Of a stretch of 42,616 nucleotides of DNA, positions 40,634 through 42,616 are shown one piece after another. This DNA is from Acidobacteriaceae bacterium (GTDB lineage: Bacteria > Acidobacteriota > Terriglobia > Terriglobales > Acidobacteriaceae), in assembly GCA_035695685.1 (NCBI GenBank), contig DASRRN010000715.1, forward strand, positions 1 through 42,616. Direction: 5' to 3'. Both the position numbers and the translations under genes were made by a program. The notes under the pieces were generated by a model. It was not told the DNA's origin, did not search any database, and saw only the letters and a list, made by a program, of their open reading frames with translations. Position 1 is the stretch's first letter. Every line of letters begins with the position of its first letter.

Positions 40634-40876
40634 ATGTCCCAGAAAAGAATAGTTTCGAACCCTTCTCTTCGCATCGCGGATGGAATTTCGATCCGCGTCC
40701 GCTTCGCCAGTCATGCACAAATTGCGCTGGTTAAAACTGCCGCCGCGCGGCGCGGACTTGGCTTCAACTTCTATCTGCAGTCTGTGCTCCAAGCAGTCTC
40801 TGAGCAGGTGATGGCCGCGCCTCTCACAACTTCCCTTGGCCACCTTCTCGAAGCAGAAAATTCCCAAACGAAATAG
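40634..40876 (+). CDS. Ribbon-helix-helix regulator, 80 aa
   Basis: ISIRVRFASHAQIALVKTAAARRGLGFNFYLQSVLQAV fits a strand-helix-helix pattern. The track start 40616 (GTG) is also possible. Confidence 0.6.
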   Translation: MSQKRIVSNPSLRIADGISIRVRFASHAQIALVKTAAARRGLGFNFYLQSVLQAVSEQVMAAPLTTSLGHLLEAENSQTK

Positions 40877-40986
40877 GTATTCCGCCACTGCTCCAAGCAT
40901 GATTAGGAGCATTTTTGTTCGCGCCGTTTTTGATCGTGCATGCCCGATGCTCCGAGCATCGCTCCTGCATAACGAGGTATGGGCTA

Positions 40987-42036
40987 ATGAGTAAGAGTTC
41001 TTCCCCTTTTCAATCGAAGGTTGATGTGTTTATGCCGCTCTACATCGGTCGCTATCTCCAGGACACAACCGAGCTAGATGGTGCCGAATCAGGGTTCTAT
41101 CTGCATCTGCTCATGCATATCTGGACTACCGGCCCGCTGCCGAATGACGATCGCAAGTTGGCGCAGATCGCGAAAACCACGCCCGATGCTTGGAGCATTG
41201 CATCTGCATCGGTCAAGCATCGGCTCTTTTTAGGCTCTGACGGCATGCTTCACCAGCGCGGAGCTGAGCGCATAAAGGCTGAATGGGTGGAGAAACGATT
41301 GAAAGCGCACGAGAAAGCCCAGCTGGCGGCGAATACGAGATGGAAAAAATACCGGGAACAGAAGGCGAACAAAAACGATGCTCCAAGCATTGCTAGAGCA
41401 ATGCCCTACAACGGTAAAGTACAAGTACAAAAGCAAAAGCAAACCCCACCCACCCCGCCCCAGCTTCGCCAGGGCGGGCCCGATGCTCCGCACACCGGAG
41501 TGCTCCAAGCATCCGCACGGCGAACCTCGAGGCCGGCGGCGGCGGGAGCACCCGGCGGCCGATCGGCGGCGATGCTGGGCGGGAAAGTAAAGCAAATAAA
41601 AGGCGAAACGGCCAGAAACGCCCCTAGGACGCGTCCGAATAGGCAGGTTGAGGGAATCCATCCTAAAAATGTCGGCGACGGCGGGGCGATACCACATCTT
41701 TCTGTCGCTCCCGGTGCAAAAAAGGTGGTGCAACCTCAAAAAACAGATCCGAGGGAGCGGGCCTTCCAAGAGGAGATTTTTGCCTACTGGCGAGGTCAGA
41801 ATCCGGAGCATCCAGATTGCCCCTGGGGAGAGGCGGAATGGAGGGCGCTTCGAGCACTCCTTATAAAGGTGGCGGATTTATCACTGGGGCAGTTACGTAC
41901 AGCGCTGCGAAACCGCGCTGCTTCGGGCATTCCACCAGGCGTGTTTCCCGGCAAATGGCTGCGCAACATCCTCGACTATTCATCCGGCCCACTCGATCGC
42001 TTCCATAAGCCTCTGCGCAGCTCTCGTGTGATGTAG
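40987..42036 (+). CDS. DUF1376-like phage replication-associated protein
   Basis: PLYIGRYLQDTTELDGAESGFYLHLLMHIWTTGPLPNDDRKLAQIA matches the conserved N-terminal block of the DUF1376 family. ATG 40987 has GAGG 10 nt upstream. The central region is basic and low in complexity. Confidence 0.6.
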   Translation: MSKSSSPFQSKVDVFMPLYIGRYLQDTTELDGAESGFYLHLLMHIWTTGPLPNDDRKLAQIAKTTPDAWSIASASVKHRLFLGSDGMLHQRGAERIKAEWVEKRLKAHEKAQLAANTRWKKYREQKANKNDAPSIARAMPYNGKVQVQKQKQTPPTPPQLRQGGPDAPHTGVLQASARRTSRPAAAGAPGGRSAAMLGGKVKQIKGETARNAPRTRPNRQVEGIHPKNVGDGGAIPHLSVAPGAKKVVQPQKTDPRERAFQEEIFAYWRGQNPEHPDCPWGEAEWRALRALLIKVADLSLGQLRTALRNRAASGIPPGVFPGKWLRNILDYSSGPLDRFHKPLRSSRVM

Positions 42037-42278
42037 CTGTTCGTTGATATCGGCTACCCATGTAACAACCAGGTAACTGACAACGGCGCAGCTTTGTGCT
42101 CTAAGCATCCTGATTTGTCGCCGGCATCTCTCTGGCGGCCTGGCTGAGCTGCGATCAAGCCTTATGCTCCAAGCATTGCGTTAGCAGGCGACAAGTATCC
42201 AGGCCGGTGCGCCGTCGCCGGCGTTTTGTGGGTATGCTCCAAGCATGCGCATGCATAAGCGCGGGAGGGACTACGGGA

Positions 42279-42569
42279 ATGAAGGATGCATTAGGTAATG
42301 ATCTGAAGCCGGGAGACCTGGTGATGCTGAGTCTGGATCGGCCACAGGTATTTGGAAGAGTGACCGATGTGCAGGAGGGCGGGCTGATAACGGGCATGCA
42401 GAAGAACGGCGGTGCGCAGCTGCGTCCGTCGCGAGTGACGATCCTGGCCAACCATACGATCGAGGGGGATCCGCGCGTACCTGTGGGTTCGGTGGTCATA
42501 TTGCGCGATCCGGATGCAGAGAAACAGCGCGACCAACCGCCTGCGCCAGTCCTCGAGACTCCCAACTAA
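42279..42569 (+). CDS. Hypothetical protein, 96 aa
   Basis: ATG 42279 has SD GGGAGGGA (42263-42270). The track start 42207 is rejected. The product is beta-rich. Confidence 0.6.
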   Translation: MKDALGNDLKPGDLVMLSLDRPQVFGRVTDVQEGGLITGMQKNGGAQLRPSRVTILANHTIEGDPRVPVGSVVILRDPDAEKQRDQPPAPVLETPN

Positions 42570-42616
42570 AATAGCGCCGCTCTAGTAGCAACAGAAATAC
42601 CCTCAAAGGTGCGATG

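Larger units (their letters stand above)
40005..42254. repeat. Array of 10 copies of the 13-bp motif ATGCT-N3-AGCAT (consensus ATGCTCCAAGCAT)
   Basis: Copies lie at 40005, 40784 (12/13), 40888, 40947, 41186 (inverted), 41378, 41500, 42096, 42164 and 42234. A half-site is at 41482. The 12-bp palindrome GCATGCGCATGC is at 42243-42254. Confidence 0.85.
1..42616. mobile_element. Tailed-phage genome with podovirus-like structural gene order, probably complete and circularly permuted; candidate phage-plasmid
   Basis: Terminase, portal, capsid, tail, fibre, lysis, replication and partition modules fill the whole window. No housekeeping genes at either edge. The plus-strand arm seems to continue from 42569 across the ends to 181. 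Confidence 0.8.

Noticed and set aside
39942-40652. 236-aa plus-strand ORF across the rusA locus, and the 103-aa minus-strand ORF 40601..40912
   Set aside because: They are antisense to the RusA-motif ORF and the RHH ORF respectively. They start at non-ATG codons without an SD.
1-42616. Search for an integrase, a reverse transcriptase/DGR template-variable repeat pair, a retron, a CRISPR-Cas locus, or tRNA/tmRNA genes
   Set aside because: I found no YxDD-type RT, no R..HxxR..Y recombinase pattern, no long template/variable repeat pair near the fibre genes, and no GGTTCGAATCC-type tRNA arms. Absence by eye is not proof, so profile searches are still needed.

Overview
This 42.6-kb GC-rich window reads as a complete or nearly complete tailed-phage genome. 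No cellular genes flank it, and most genes are packed tightly, often with 1-4 nt start/stop overlaps.

Architecture:
- A long minus-strand arm runs 40580 -> 3667. In order it carries RusA, two paralogous small Zn-finger proteins, a stand-alone 194-aa beta-rich gene, a His-rich protein, terminase large subunit, portal, an island of tiny Zn-ribbon/HTH genes, a scaffold-like protein and the major capsid. A T7-like run of tail-tubular and internal-virion-sized genes follows, then a 1286-aa tail fibre and a lysis cassette (GH24 endolysin, 3-TM holin, small TM protein).
- After a tandem terminator (9398-9456) there is a separately promoted operon led by an RHH protein. It encodes a Zn-ribbon protein, an SMC/Rad50-like ABC ATPase, a J-domain (HPD) protein, a coiled-coil/winged-helix protein and a DnaC/IstB-like helicase loader.
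- A short plus-strand arm starts at 40634 and apparently continues across the window ends to 2976. It carries an RHH protein, a DUF1376-like replication protein, a collar-less clamp-loader-like AAA+ ATPase, tiny membrane proteins and a ParA + RHH partition pair.

I recognised no integrase, recombinase, transposase, reverse transcriptase, tRNA or CRISPR array. With the ParA module this suggests a phage-plasmid lifestyle, which is an inference.

The most notable non-genic signals are:
1. Ten copies of the palindromic motif ATGCT-N3-AGCAT, clustered at 40005-42254 in and around the replication gene.
2. A 639-nt ORF-free, repeat- and hairpin-rich region (2977-3615) downstream of the partition genes.
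3. An identical 28-nt leader in front of two plus-strand genes.
4. Six helically phased 11-bp tandem repeats at the window start.

All functional calls rest on motifs read by eye. No database search was run.
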